A stretch of DNA of 51,412 bases from Nemertoderma westbladi (lineage: Eukaryota > Animalia > Xenacoelomorpha), in assembly GCA_032718475.1 (NCBI GenBank), contig JAUCBJ010007796.1, positions 1-51,412 on the forward strand. Direction: 5' to 3'. Under the pieces are notes generated by a model. The model was given only the letters and a program-made list of their open reading frames with translations. It was not told where the DNA came from and did no database searches. The position numbers were made by a program, and so were the translations under genes. Positions 36,085-48,953 of this stretch are shown one piece after another. The first letter of the stretch is position 1. Each line of letters starts with the position of its first letter.

Positions 36085-36504
36085 ATCTCTGATAACATAA
36101 CTCTATTCCAACATACGCCATGCGATAACCCCATTTATTTTTCAAGACATAACGTCCATGCGATAACCCCATTTATTTTTCAAGACATAACGTCCTGTGT
36201 TTGAAATGATCCACCTCGGTACTACTTAAATTGCAGCATACTGTACTCCATGAGCACTTCATTAAATTCACCCTAATCTGAGCAACAAAACGCACCCCCC
36301 CCCACCCCCCCCACCCCCCTCCTCCCCCACTCCTCCTACCCCCCCCCCCCCCTCCTCCCACTTATGACTTACGCATTGGCCCTGGCTCCACTAGCTCTGC
36401 TATTGCCTGCGCCTCTGCTGCCAATATTTACTATGTTAATCTGTGCAATTCGTGTATGTTTTAGTTATAAGTGAAAGAAATATACGAATTTGAATTTGAA
36501 TTTG

Positions 36505-39309
36505 GAAAGAAACTGCCAAAGAACAAGCAAAAATAATGAACGAACAGATCAAAGCCTCAAAAGAACAGGTACAGGTGACAACAGAATTGGTAGGTGCTAT
36601 TCAAACTTTGATTTCACAGAATCAACCAGTATTAATTAATACTGCCGGAAATACTCAGCAGACTTTGCTGCAGCCTGTAACAGCAGTGGCTGGAACACCG
36701 CCGATAAGCACACAGAGTATGCGAACAGACATGCGGATATATCCGAGCACAAATCAACAAAGTGTCGGAATAAATGTCAAAAATGCTGTAGATAAATCTA
36801 ATACAGTAAGTTCCCAAGCTACTATTGTTAATGTTCAGACTGCTGTTCCGAGTACAGTACAACATACTGTATCAAGTTCTATTATAACCCTGACGAAATC
36901 CATCGATCCTGGAACGCGCCCTAAAGATCATTTTAAAGGAAGGGCTCCCAGAGATGGAAGATCCACCTCATTACCTCGTGATGAATCTTGTCATATGAAC
37001 GATATACAGAAACCCAATTTACCATCTGATCATTGGATCTACCAACGAGACTTTCCTCGAGTACGATGGGATAATAATGTAGGAAACTGGATACAACCCT
37101 CAGCATCAATTGCTCAGACACCGGCACCTGGGAAGACAGAGGTCAATTTTGATCCATTGTGCGATCCGTTTTTGGCTACTAATCACTCGCTGCCTTCTGA
37201 TAATAATCGACAAAAGGAGCTGTTCGATGGCTTCATCAATGAAGTATTCAATCCTTATCGCGAGCGACAAGATTTGATTTTAGGGACTATATGTTCAAAT
37301 CTGGAAAGTTTTACCGAAGCGTTAACGAGATTTAATGTTCGTTTAGACCAGGCAGATCGATTTTCAACTCCAAAGACGGAGAAAGATATGGAAAATGTGA
37401 ATCATTTTGGTGTTGCCGAATCGGTATTTAAGTTGTAAAGTCAGTGTAAACCAACTGATACATTGAGAGGCAGTATCTCAGCCGAAGGAGTTTACTGCAG
37501 TAACAAATCCACTGGTAGCAATTTTTCAAGATTTTTAAACCCAAGTAGTGAAGTTCTTGTAACTGGACCTAATTTCCCCAGTTCAACTCCCACGGTCAAA
37601 CCAGAGGATGTTAGGTCTAGGCTCAATCCAGATGAATTAGGTGGAAGGGCCAATTCGCCCCACTTTCCCCCTGCAACCAACAGGACTAAGAATAATATGA
37701 CCACCATTCAATCTGAGGCAGAAATGGGCCAAATCGTTGCCGATAAAATGGAAAACTGGGCTGCTCGGCAAGTTTTACCACCAATTTCAATTACCAAATT
37801 TGTCGGCCAGCCATCCAAATGGGTAGAGTTTTACCTCGACTTCAACGACTTGGTAATTCAGCGTGCTTTCTCAGACCATGAGAAAATTGTCCTACTTGAT
37901 TAACTTTCTAGCTGGAGAACCTAAGCGGCTGATTCAACCATTCAGAGGATCGACAAACAGTTTTATGGAGGCGTGGCAACAACTGGAGTATTATTACGGT
38001 GATAAAAAGGTTATTGCCACTGAGATTGTACGAAAATTAAAATATGGCCCCCAAATAAAAAATGGTAAAGAAATGTTACTCTTTCATCAACGCATTAAAA
38101 CAGATCAACATACACTGTTAATATTTGGGATGCCGACCTTATTACATGGTTGGGATGTATTGGGCCATCTAGTTGCTAGAATGCCAGAAGGACTCCAACT
38201 TAGATGGAAGAGGAAAGTAACCAAAATCCGTGATGGAGCTGGAAATAATTTTGAAACATTAACAGATTTCCTGGAAATGCTCGGGGAGGAGGCCCGAGCA
38301 CAAAACTTACCATTGTATTCAACGGAAAAGATTTTGGATCAACGAGAAGAAAAGTCAGCAACTTCTACAAAATGTCTATCTACAGTTGAATCTAGTGATG
38401 GGGAACCAACGCTTAGAGAGATCAATCTCAAAGTGGAAAAATTAATGAGTCGATTTAGTAAAGAGTCTAGTCGTTATCCACCTACGACTTTTACTCCATA
38501 TAAACCTGTCAATTCAACAATTTCAAAGTGTCCAGTTTGTTCAAATGAAACACATGAAAAGGGAATCGAAGGTTGTGAAACATTTGAAGTCCTTCCAGTG
38601 ATTGTGCGAAGAGCATGGGCACTTTCAATGGAACTCTGTTTTAGATGTTTAAAACCGGGCCACATGATTGAAACTTGCTATTCGAAGAAGAAGTGTAATA
38701 TTTGTGATAAAGACTCACATCATCCCTCGTTACACAGAAACACTAGAAATATATCTGAGATTCAAGGTACACCGAAGTCGAATATTATGAGCCCCAAAAC
38801 ACCTAAAACCACGTTTAAAGTCCAAGACTAATAAACTCGAATTAAGTGAAGCTCTAGATAAGACTGTCGTAGTAAATAATTTAGAAAGTGACTCTGACGT
38901 AGTTGTAACAATGAAAGGTAATAGTGTGGGATCAACATACCTTCGATCGTTTGATGTATTACCAGTGAAGGTCAGTAGAGGCAATAAGACTCTAGTACTC
39001 TATGCGGTACTTGATACAGCTAGTTTAACCAGCTATATTGATATGGAAGTTGCTAAGAAGTTTGGTCCTTTAGGAACGAAGAGACGTAATGAAGTTTCTA
39101 CAATTCACGATGTTTCATTGCTCATAACTAGAGATTTTTTATGCTCTCTAGATGCACCAGAAGGATCAGATCCACCGCTAGGAGAAGGAATACCTAGTCT
39201 GCCAATTAGAGGAATGCTACTGAACGCCATGGAAGGGCTAGCTAATAGTTTCTGTTTCTATATGCGACCTGCTTGGACTGAGATAATAATTATTTCAACA
39301 AGGTTCTGA
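36505..39309 (+). pseudogene. BEL/Pao gag (DUF1759-like, three Zn knuckles) and protease
   Basis: LPPISITKFVG, AWQQLEYYYG, CPVC, CFRCLKPGHMIETC, CNICDKDSHHPSLH, VLPVKV...VLDTAS; several stops and frameshifts. Confidence 0.9.
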
Positions 39310-39350
39310 AGCTTCCTATAATAAAGGCGGACGATCCAAAAATTAATCTT

Positions 39351-40586
39351 TTGATAGGACAAGATCTTTCCGAAGCATTACATGTTTATGCATACAAGCC
39401 TGCTAAGCCAGATATTCGCCATCCACATGCAACTCAGTTATTATTTGGATGGACTCGCAGAGCCCCGATGAAGGGATTATTTGAGAAAAGACAACGATTT
39501 TATGAGTTCGCCACTTGGAACAATGATCCTTCATACCATTTCTCCGATCTCGAAGAAAGCGATGAGTCTGACAGCGATGAAGATTGGACATCTCTAAATG
39601 AAGACACTCCAAGTAATTTCATCTTTAAAGTCACTGATGCCTTTGAAGATTATGAAGCGAAATCTGACGACACCGATTATGATATATTAGTAGACAAGGT
39701 AGAAAAATTTCTAGATGAGACTCGGAAGTTAAATGTGTCCTGTGAGGAATATTTCACCCGTGAGACAGCCGCACCGGGATCTCACGAAATAGTTCCAAAT
39801 GTGGAGGAGATCAGGGAAAGTCAGATCTTAGAAACGTCGACGAAATTGTTACCTAATAATCATTATGAAGTAGCGATGCTTTGGAAAAGTGACACACCAA
39901 AGCTACCCAACAATCGTGTGTTGGCACTTAAAAGGGCATACTCCCTTCGCAAAAAATTGTTATCTGATGAAGAACTTCATTTAAAATACAGAAAACAAGT
40001 AGATGAATACATTGAAAAGGGTTTTATTAAACCAATTGAACATCCGGAGATAACATCGAGTCGAACAAATTATCTCCCTCACCATGCTGTAACGCATCCT
40101 GATAAGCCGGGGAATGTCCTCATCGTGAATGATGCTTCGTCTAAATATCAAGGAAAATCCCTTAACGACGAATTATTAAAGGGACCTAATATAATTAACT
40201 ACCTATTAGGGATTATTATTCGTTTTCGGGAAGGCCGTTTTGCTTGGAACTGTGATGTGGAAGGGATGTTCCACCAGGTTTTTGTTCCGGAACAAGATAG
40301 GGATGCATTGCGCTTCCTTTGGTGGCCCGAACCTGAGATGAAAGGAGAACCATCAGAATATCAATTTGTCATCCACGTCTTTGGTAAACTCGACAGTCCA
40401 GCAACAGTTATATTCGCAATGAATCAATGTGGGCGAGACTTTTCCACCAAAGATGTACCTGAAGTTTCAACAATGATTTTGAAAGACTTCTACTTCGATG
40501 ACGGACTTAAGAATGGTGACAATTTAACTAAAGAGAAAACTATAGCATTAGCTTTGATAGATTGTTTAAATAATGGTGGATTTAAA
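39351..40586 (+). pseudogene. BEL/Pao reverse transcriptase
   Basis: HYEVAMLWK, YLPHHAV, SLNDELLKGP, DVEGMFHQV, RDALRFLWW, FYFDDGL. Confidence 0.92.
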
Positions 40587-42108
40587 CAAGGACTTCTAGA
40601 ACATAGTATATATTCGAACATACAGTACATGATATGATAATATGATAATCTCTGCAAATCATCACATTAGGGATGCCACGCAAATGCTCTGTAGCAGGCT
40701 GTAAAGGAAATTATGCCTCGCAAGAAGAGAAGGTAACACTGTTCCCAAAAAACTTAATAGACCAACATCATTGGTTGGAGAATATACCAAATAGAATAGA
40801 GAAAGTAACGCCAAATATTGGAGTATGTGCGCGTCATTTGGCCAGAAAACGCCGAGATGATCAAGATAAAAAGGTATGAACGACCGCTGGAGGCTCCATC
40901 AGTATTCGGAACTGATATAAACAACAGATAAACTTCATCATCATCAAGCGGAGTTATTGACTTCGTCCTTGAAAATGAAGAATACATCATTAGTGACACA
41001 GAGAAAAGCGCTTTGATGTACAGTATGCATGCGGCTATGTGACCTTCAAAGAACAACTGCCCATTGATGTCTCAGAACTTAGAGATTGTTCACAATTTCC
41101 AGAGTGTGACTTCACGAACATGGTCTCTAGAGGGAAGCTTTCAATTCCACGTGCAGACATATTTCATCTAGCCTGTGCTTCTCTGTCACTCTCTGTCAAC
41201 TTACCTGCGCTATATTGGATGTACAACCCGGATGAGACGATAGCATATATGACAATACCGTGGTCGATAGTGCTATTGATGGTAGGAAGGCAGGTATTAT
41301 CCACAGACTCTGCAATATACTGATGAAGGGACTCTCCAAGTTCTGCAGCAATAAAGCGGCTAATGGCAGAGATATAGAGACTAACAATAGGAAGAAGAGA
41401 CAACTGAATAGCCAATAGGGCTGCAATAAATATAAATTAGACAGAGACTCTGTTGAATAATAGCTTACTGTAAGCTAAATGTGTTATCGAAAATGAACAC
41501 TTATTGTGAATAAAAATTAAGTAAAACAGTAAAGTTTTTCAGCCGTTAGGCCAGGGATTACATTACGCATAAAGTTCTTTGACTTATTCTTAGTAAATAA
41601 ACAGTCAATTTCCAGTAAACAATAATAAGTCTAACAAGTCCAACTGTACAGCTATACTTAGGTTTATATAAGCTTCTTATACTTACGTTATACTTATAAA
41701 CGTATAAAAACTGCCTCCGTACAGATTATACGAAATATTGTGGCTCGTACAGTATATTTTATTAGGAGTTCGGTTTCAGTGGTAGATACAATCAGGTATT
41801 TCACACAACTTATTTCAAAGGTTATTTCGAATATCTTTCAACAGTTAGTTGTTTTTTACTAATAAATTATCGCTAGCAAATTGTCGTATAATATTTACAT
41901 TAAAATAAAGTACATTAGGTTGTTAGCAATACAAATTAAAAACATTAAAAACGTTCGCATTAAAAACAATGAAAGGAAATTGAGAAGTTTACTTCTGTAA
42001 ATTAAAGAAATTAGGCATACACTGAATAGAAAAAACCGGCCTCTAATAAAATTAACACTGTATGCGAGCATCGCGTCCTGAATATATACTATTTTCTAGA
42101 AGTCCTTG
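40587..42108 (+). mobile_element. Internally deleted P-superfamily DNA transposon (1522 bp) retaining the THAP domain
   Basis: ~29-bp TIR CAAGGACTTCTAGAA.ATAGTATATATTC, 7-bp TSD ATTTAAA. Excision restores the BEL peptide GGFKLCKFTSNS. Confidence 0.9.
40673..41200 (+). pseudogene. THAP zinc finger fused to a P-transposase C-terminal remnant
   Basis: MPRKCSVAGC...LFP...W...I...VCARH, then APSVF in another frame, then SRGKLSIP. The catalytic core is absent. Confidence 0.8.
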
Positions 42109-42115
42109 ATTTAAA

Positions 42116-43246
42116 TTATGTAAATTTACCAGTAATTCAGTTGAATTTCTGTCAACCATTCCCTCTGCACTCAAAGTGATGGGTGACCAAGATGTGATGT
42201 TTAATCCTATCCCTGAATCAAAATCTCTTGGGTTGGGATGGAATCCAAATTTGGATATCCTTTATGTGCGATGGAAGGAGATAATACAACCTTTAAAATG
42301 GACAAAGAGATCAATGCTCAGTTGTATGGCTTCTTTTTTCGATCCAGTTGGATTGATTAGTCCGGTAATTCTAATTGCCAGACTAATATTTCAAAGACTC
42401 TGGGAGAAATCGTACAATTGGGATGACCCGATCGAAGATAATGATATAATTAATGAATGGACTAGATGGACGGTTCAAATTTCTGATATCAAACAATTCT
42501 CTGTTCCCAGATGGTACTTCACATCCGTAGTCGAAAGTGCAACCTATCAACTCCACGCATTCAGTGACTCAAGTACTTACGCTATGGGTATTGTTATCTA
42601 CCTCCTTCGAAAAGATCAGAATGGAGGAGTACAGACTGCTTTGATCCATAGTAAATCGAAAATCATTGGATCAAAGTCTTACGTGACTGTTCCTCGAGGA
42701 GAACTTTTGGCAGCGACTATAGCAGCCGAAACAGCCATAGAAATGCAAAAGATGTTGAATTTCCAGACCACCAGCTTCTTCTGGGTAGATGCATATCTTG
42801 TTTTAAAGTATCTGGAGACGAAGGCGAGCTTAAAGACCTGGACAGCAAACCGCAGAGATCAGATCCTTGATAGAATTTGTCGTAAACAATGGAAGTGGTG
42901 CCCAGGTGATAACAACCCGGCTGATCTTGCTTCTCGTGGCTGCAATGTCAAAGATTTGCAAGATAATCAATTTTGGATGCACGGTCCTGATTTTATTTTT
43001 GGAGATCCTGAGGGATGGCCAATCCAACCACATTCTCCTCTAGATGATCAGGAAGGATTGGAAATAAAACCTATAAAACCCATCATTCTATACTTTCATA
43101 CTTCACAAGGTACAAATAAAATCGTGTGCAAACCAAAGGATGAATCTTATAACGAAGAGTTATGGAAACACAGCGACAATGGATTCAACACCGTGATACT
43201 TGATTTAACAAATCGAACTCTTGGAGGAAGGTTGTACGCATACTAG
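42116..43246 (+). pseudogene. BEL/Pao RT tail and RNase H (Peptidase_A17-like) region
   Basis: LGLGWNP, FDPVGLISP, LHAFSDSS, TVPRGELLAA, CPGDNNPADLASRG. Confidence 0.92.
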
Positions 43247-43599
43247 GGTACGTCAAAAGATTCGTAAATAAATAACGAATTAGAGTACAGGCAAAACATA
43301 GTATCCAAAATGTACGACAATCTCCTCGCTTAAATCCCATAGAAAGTAAGCCTTTTTATGAACATATTTTAATGTTGCATGAATATTATGCAGCTGAAGA
43401 TACATTAATTTCTCTTTATCAACAAGCTGCCTTTCCAAAAGTTTATAAACTGCTGGAAGGGAAATTAAATACAACTAGTGACCAAATTGGAAATGGACTT
43501 GTTGTCTTTCGAGACAATATCGTAATCAGAGTTAGAACCAGATTATTGAAAGGTGTATGGTCATTTGACTACGCCAATTTATAAATTTAAAATTTAAAA

Positions 43600-44010
43600 T
43601 TTTTTTAAAATAATTTAAATTTAAAATAATTTAAAAGTAATAAATTGAATTCGATTGTAGAGTTGCTGCTGCGCCACCCCCCCCCCCCCCCCACCCGATT
43701 GTAGAGTTGCTGCTGCGCCACCCCCCCCACCCCCCCACCCGATTGTAGAGTTGCTGCTGCGCCACCCCCCCCCAAACCCCCCCCCCCCCACCTCCACCTT
43801 ACTCCACTTTCCATAATTTCATTGACACGCCAGGCACTACTAGCTTTGGTTATTGCCTTGCATGTTAGCCTATAATTACTACATTCAATTAATTACTATT
43901 ATGAATATTCAGTATATGTGTTATTACAGTAAATTGAATAATGTGTTATTGTTAAAGCAACGTTACAGCTAACAATGGAAAAATAAAACTATTAAACTAT
44001 TAAAACTATT
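43600..44010 (+). mobile_element. 3' end of a CR1/L2-group LINE or a derived SINE
   Basis: C-rich tract, ACTAGCT.TG...TATTGCCT motif shared with 36390-36408, then AATAAA and an (AAACTATT)3 tail. Confidence 0.55.
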
Positions 44011-44559
44011 GCTAGTAAAAACACAATGTTTAAAAAAACACTGGCTTCCAAAAAAAAAACACTAGCTATGGTCAATTGAAAGACCAATCTATCACATACC
44101 AAAAAAACTTTAAAATAATATAATGATGTAATGAATATAACAAACAAAAATCTCAATTTAGCTAATTTCATTTACAATAGATACTTAATTGCTAAACAAT
44201 CTACTGTAGAACACTAACAAAAAAAATAATGTAATAAAAACTGTGTCTTAATAGCAGATAGGGGGGGGGGGGGGGGGGGGGGGGGGGGTGACCCTCTCCA
44301 GTGGAAATTGGACGCAAATAACAAATTAACACTCTCAAAAATAAAACTGTAACCTGTTCTATTGTGTTTATTTTATTGTTTTTTTTAAATAACATGCCAC
44401 TGTAACCTGTTCCTTTCCCTAAATTGAGAATTTAACATTGAAGCGGTATATTAATTCGCCAAGGCGGGTTTTGCCTCCAGCCCCCCCCCCCCCCCCTGTC
44501 TCCCTAATAGATGTAATTAAATAGACTCAATAAAACACTTTACAAACGCTTGTAGTTAA

Positions 44560-46105
44560 CCCTATTAAACCCGGGGGGGGGGGGGTCAATATGACCCCCC
44601 CCGTGGTTTTTTTATTATAATTCTGAAACAAACCCAGTTGGCAATCTGAAATTTTATGACAATTCCTAAAAGTCTATTGTCTTCGTAGTAGTGAAAACCG
44701 TTTTCAAAAATATCGGGTAGTTTTCGAGTTATAGCACCATTTTTTAACCCTACTTTTGGCACTTTTTTTTGAGACGTTTTTTGAAAATTACATTTCATTA
44801 AATATTAATTGTAACATCTCTTTTTTTTATTTACACCGATTTTTTGGTGTTAGCAATTGGATAGAATTCATATAAATTGATTTAGAAATTTCAAACTTGT
44901 TTTTTTCGGCGGGTGCCAAATTTTGGTGCCAGCACCAAGTTTTGAAATATGTCAATTTTGTAAATTGATTGTTTGAAACTTGTTTTTTACGCAATTGGGG
45001 TTTTTTGGGATTCTGGTTTCGATGAAATATATACGAGTTGCACCAAGCGTATCAAACTTGTATTTTTCGGTGCCGTGTGCAAATTTTGGTGCTAGCACGA
45101 AATTTTGAAAATCCATTCAATAGATAAAATTGCATATGACAATTTATTTCTTGCATTTTAGAGGTTTATGGCTGTTCTGAATTCAATGGAATATATAATT
45201 ATCGAACTAAACATCTCAAACTTGTATTTTTCGGAAGTGGGTGCAAAATTTGGTGCTAGCACCAAATTTTGAAAACCATCAAATATATCAATTGATTGTG
45301 TCATCTTGTTTCTTGCGTTATACGGGTTTGTTAGGGTTCTGAATTCAATGGAATCAGTAAAAATTTCATAAGAGTTTTCAAACTTGTATTTTTCGCCGGT
45401 GGGTGAAAATTGTTGTTTTGCACCAAATTTTGGAAAATGAGTAAATTGATCAGTAGATATTATCATCTTGTTTCTTGCGTTATACGGGTTTATGAGGGTC
45501 CTAAATCCGATGGAATCAATAAAAACAGCACTGGACATCGCAAACTTGTACTTTTTGGTGATGGGTACGAAATTTGGTGCTAGCACCAAAATTTGCCAAA
45601 TTACGCCGAAAAATACAAGTAGCAATGATCTGGCATATTTGAAATGTATTCCATTAGAATCAGCGCCCTAGAATACCTAAAAATGCGAATTTATAGCATC
45701 GTATAAGTGAATTAAAAATTTTGTGTTCTAACTGAAAAGTGCTGGTTACTTGTTTTTTTCATTTTTTTCCTACGCATAGAGGACTAAAGAGCCATTTATG
45801 GTAATCATATCATTTTTAAATATTTTCCAATGTATTTTGCGCCCCAGAAAACCTGTATTGAAAAACAATTAGCCCAAAAATGCAACTTTCAAATTTTGTG
45901 AAAATTGTGCACTACTTGTAATTTTGGTGCTGCAATATTACCACCCCAGTACATTTTTTCGAAAAGTGATACCTACGTACAAACAAAAAATCAGACGTTT
46001 TCGTTAATATTTTTAGATTTTAGAGGGGGGGGGGGGGGGGGGGGGGGGTCAATATGACCCCTCCCCGGTATTTGTACAGCATTTTATAGCCCGGTACTAA
46101 TAGGG
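44560..46105. mobile_element. Non-autonomous piggyBac-like element with internal ~162-bp tandem repeats
   Basis: TTAA TSD on both sides, CCCTATTA...TAATAGGG termini, subterminal GGGGGTCAATATGACCCC at both ends, CAAACTTGT about every 162 bp from 44892 to 45541. Confidence 0.88.
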
Positions 46106-46429
46106 TTAAAGATTGAAAGTGAAAATAAATATTCTGACGCGTTAAGATTTGTAGAATAATAATTGGTGGCCAAGTCACTGAATTAAGACACAATATTCCA
46201 GATGGCGTAGGTAAGCACCAACGAAGTGGAACTGGCGTTTACCAATAATATATAAAAATAGCCATTAAAATAAGTTGTTTCAAAATTATAATACTTACTA
46301 TTGATATTAATCATTAAAAAATGTTCTAGAAGACTTTTATTATAAAATCCTTCAAATATATGAAAAATGATTTTTAAAACGTGTGCCTACTAAATTTAGT
46401 AGGTAGAATGCAGCTTTCATGGTCGTATA

Positions 46430-48125
46430 CACCATGTCCCAGAATATAGTGTCGTAATTCAGTGACACGCCCCCCCCCCCCTAATTTTTCTACAAATCTT
46501 AATGAGATTGCATGAAATTTGAAACAGAGATAGTTTCACCTCCCGACCACTGACTGGGTGAGCCAGAATTTTTATTTTTCCTTTCAAAATTTAGCTACAA
46601 GCGTTTAAAAAAAGTGTCTCCAGCGATATTACACCAGTTACACCGCAGTTATTCTTCTACCTTATAGCTGTTTGTTGGTACCAATGGAAAGCTGGTCATG
46701 CAAGGATTTCAAATATGTAACACAATTAGAATTTCGTTTAAAAATAGCTGAGATATGAGCGTTCAAATGTTGCATGGTTTTGCACCGGCGCGAGGCTATT
46801 TTATTCTATTTCTGTTGGTACCAATGGAAAGCTGGTCATGCAAGGATTTCAAATATGTAACACAATTAGAATTTCGTTTAAAAATAGCTGAGATATGAGC
46901 GTTCAAATGTTGCATGGTTTTGCACCGGCGCGAGGCTATTTTATTCTATTTCATAAACAAAATCATATTCTGGAATGTTTTTTTAATGTATGAATAGCTA
47001 CCTAATAGTATGTTTAAAGATGTAACGCATTGTTGCCCAGCAACGTATTGGGATAAACAAAATATTCCAGATTATGATGCATTTATTAAATAGATTAAAT
47101 AGCCTCGCGTAGGTGCATAACCATGCAACATTTGAACACCCATATCTCCGCTATTTTTCAACGAAATTCAAATTGTGTTATATATTTGAAATCCTTGTAG
47201 CCTACAGGTCAGCCTAGGTCAGCTTTCTATCAGTACCCCCCTCCCCCCCGCCCCTTCTCCTCTCCCATCCATAACTTAACCCATAAGGCCAGCATGAAAT
47301 GGATTTTATCTTTTCTCTATAATTTATTTTTCTCTTAGGGAATAAATATATCATTCTAAAACCAAACTGAATGATTTATCAGATCTTGTTGAATGAGGCC
47401 CCCCTCACACGGAGCAACTTGTTTCTGAAACTTGTTGCTGGACCCCCTCACACACAGACACTTGTTGCTGCAACTTGTTTCCGAAACTTGTTTCTGTGTG
47501 TGAGGACTCCAGCAACAAGTTTCTGCAACTTGTTTCCGTAACTTATTTCTGTGTGTGAGGGGGTCCAGCAACAAGTTGCTGGAAGTTAGATTCCCAGCAA
47601 CTTTTTGAAAAACTTTTATTATATTCCATTTTGATACTAGCTAATATTAGATAATTTGAGTGATGTGATATTATATACAAATGACTGGACATGTTAGCTA
47701 TTTATTTGGAAATAATTGTTATTTTCTTCAGCAACAAGTTTCTGTGTGTGAGGGGGGGCCAGCAACAAGTTGCTGAAACAAGTTTCGGAAACAAGTTGCA
47801 GAAACAAGTTGCAGCAACTTGTTTCTGTGTGTGAGGGGGTCCAGCAACAAGTTTCAGAAACAAGTTGCAGAAACAAGTTGCTCCGTGTGAGGGGGGCCTA
47901 ACTGGTGTAATATCGCTGGAGACACTTTTTTTAAACGCTTGTAGCTAAAGATTGAAAGCAAAAATAAAAATTCTGGCTCACCCAGTCAGTGGTCGGGAGG
48001 TGAAACTATCTCTGTTTCAACTTTCATGCAATCTCATTACGATTTGTAAAAAAATTAGGGGGGGGGGGGGGGGGGGGGGTGTGGGGGTGTCACTGAATTA
48101 GGACACTATATTCTGGGACATGGTG
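46430..48125. mobile_element. Tc1/mariner-like MITE with long TIRs
   Basis: TA|CACCATGTCCCAGAATATAGTGTC...GACACTATATTCTGGGACATGGTG|TA, ~210-bp outer arms, an inner inverted pair, and a ~140-bp internal tandem duplication at about 46674-46952. Confidence 0.85.
47397..47898. mobile_element. PIF/Harbinger-like MITE nested in the mariner-like MITE
   Basis: TIR GGCCCCCCTCACACGGAGCAACTTGTTTCTG, internal AACAAGTT subrepeats, TGA/TAA flanks (imperfect TNA TSD). Confidence 0.75.
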
Positions 48126-48141
48126 TATATAGTAGGTCATG

Positions 48142-48953
48142 GTCGTGCGCACGAGAGCTGAAAAGCCGTGAGCACGAGATTTAAGAGCTGTAAATTCGAG
48201 CTCACGAGATTTCAGTTGTATTGGTACTGATTGTACTCAAATGTACCCTACAGTTTAGTACCATACTGTTAATGTAGCTGAATAGTACTGCGGCTATGCA
48301 GTTTTTTTATTTTTCAATCTTTATCACAAACAGGTGACCTTAAAGAATTTCCAGAATATCATGGGTGATTGACCGATAACTTTAATTTATTGCAACTGCA
48401 ATGCAGAGTGCCGATATTAGATAGATAGTTTAGTCCATGCCAACTCCTAGGCTGACAACCTTATGTGTCCATCCTTGGTCTTGCTCTGGGTTTATAGTGG
48501 CACGTCTTAATTTATCATTCTTTTTACCACCTATATTACACTAAATGGGTTTATCATTGACTCGCTCTTAACTTTAATGGATATATCCTTTGTCCGGCCG
48601 CCGATCAACTGAAGGATAACTTATTGGGTCTAACCTTTGTCTCATCCCGGTACTGGTCCTGAATATTGTTAAAAGTTATATTTAAGTTGTCAATATGTTA
48701 TTAGTAACGTATAATAAATGCACCATCCAAGAACACAAAATAATAAACATGCACTCAAAATATAACATCAAAACTGAATTACATCTATAACTACCGCTAC
48801 CGGTACACATTGTCATTCAAGTCAGTTATTTCAGTTTGAATTCTAAATTTATTTCTTAAACAAAATGTAATTTATTTTTTCATTTTTTATTTAATTAATC
48901 AGGGCCATTTATAATGGTATATGACTTTAAAAGATACCAAATATGATATACTT
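48142..48953 (-). repeat. Right copy of the long-range inverted repeat, with a 110-bp insertion (48288-48397)
   Basis: Reverse complement of 17791-18499. Confidence 0.92.

Larger units (their letters stand above)
31774..36504 (+). mobile_element. CR1/L2-group LINE inserted in BEL gag
   Basis: ORF1 remnant, PHD-APE-RT ORF2, C-rich 3' UTR, (GAATTT)3 tail, GAAAG at both junctions. Excision joins SEQSKLLK to ETAKEQAKIMNEQ. Confidence 0.9.
31058..43584 (+). mobile_element. Decayed BEL/Pao gag-pol, 3'-truncated before integrase, carrying two nested insertions
   Basis: Domain order is gag, protease, RT, RNase H (Peptidase_A17-type). The reading frame can be rebuilt across both insertions. Confidence 0.92.

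Noticed and set aside
45158-45625. 155-aa minus-strand ORF as a piggyBac transposase
   Set aside because: Translation of the 162-bp repeat array; no transposase motifs.
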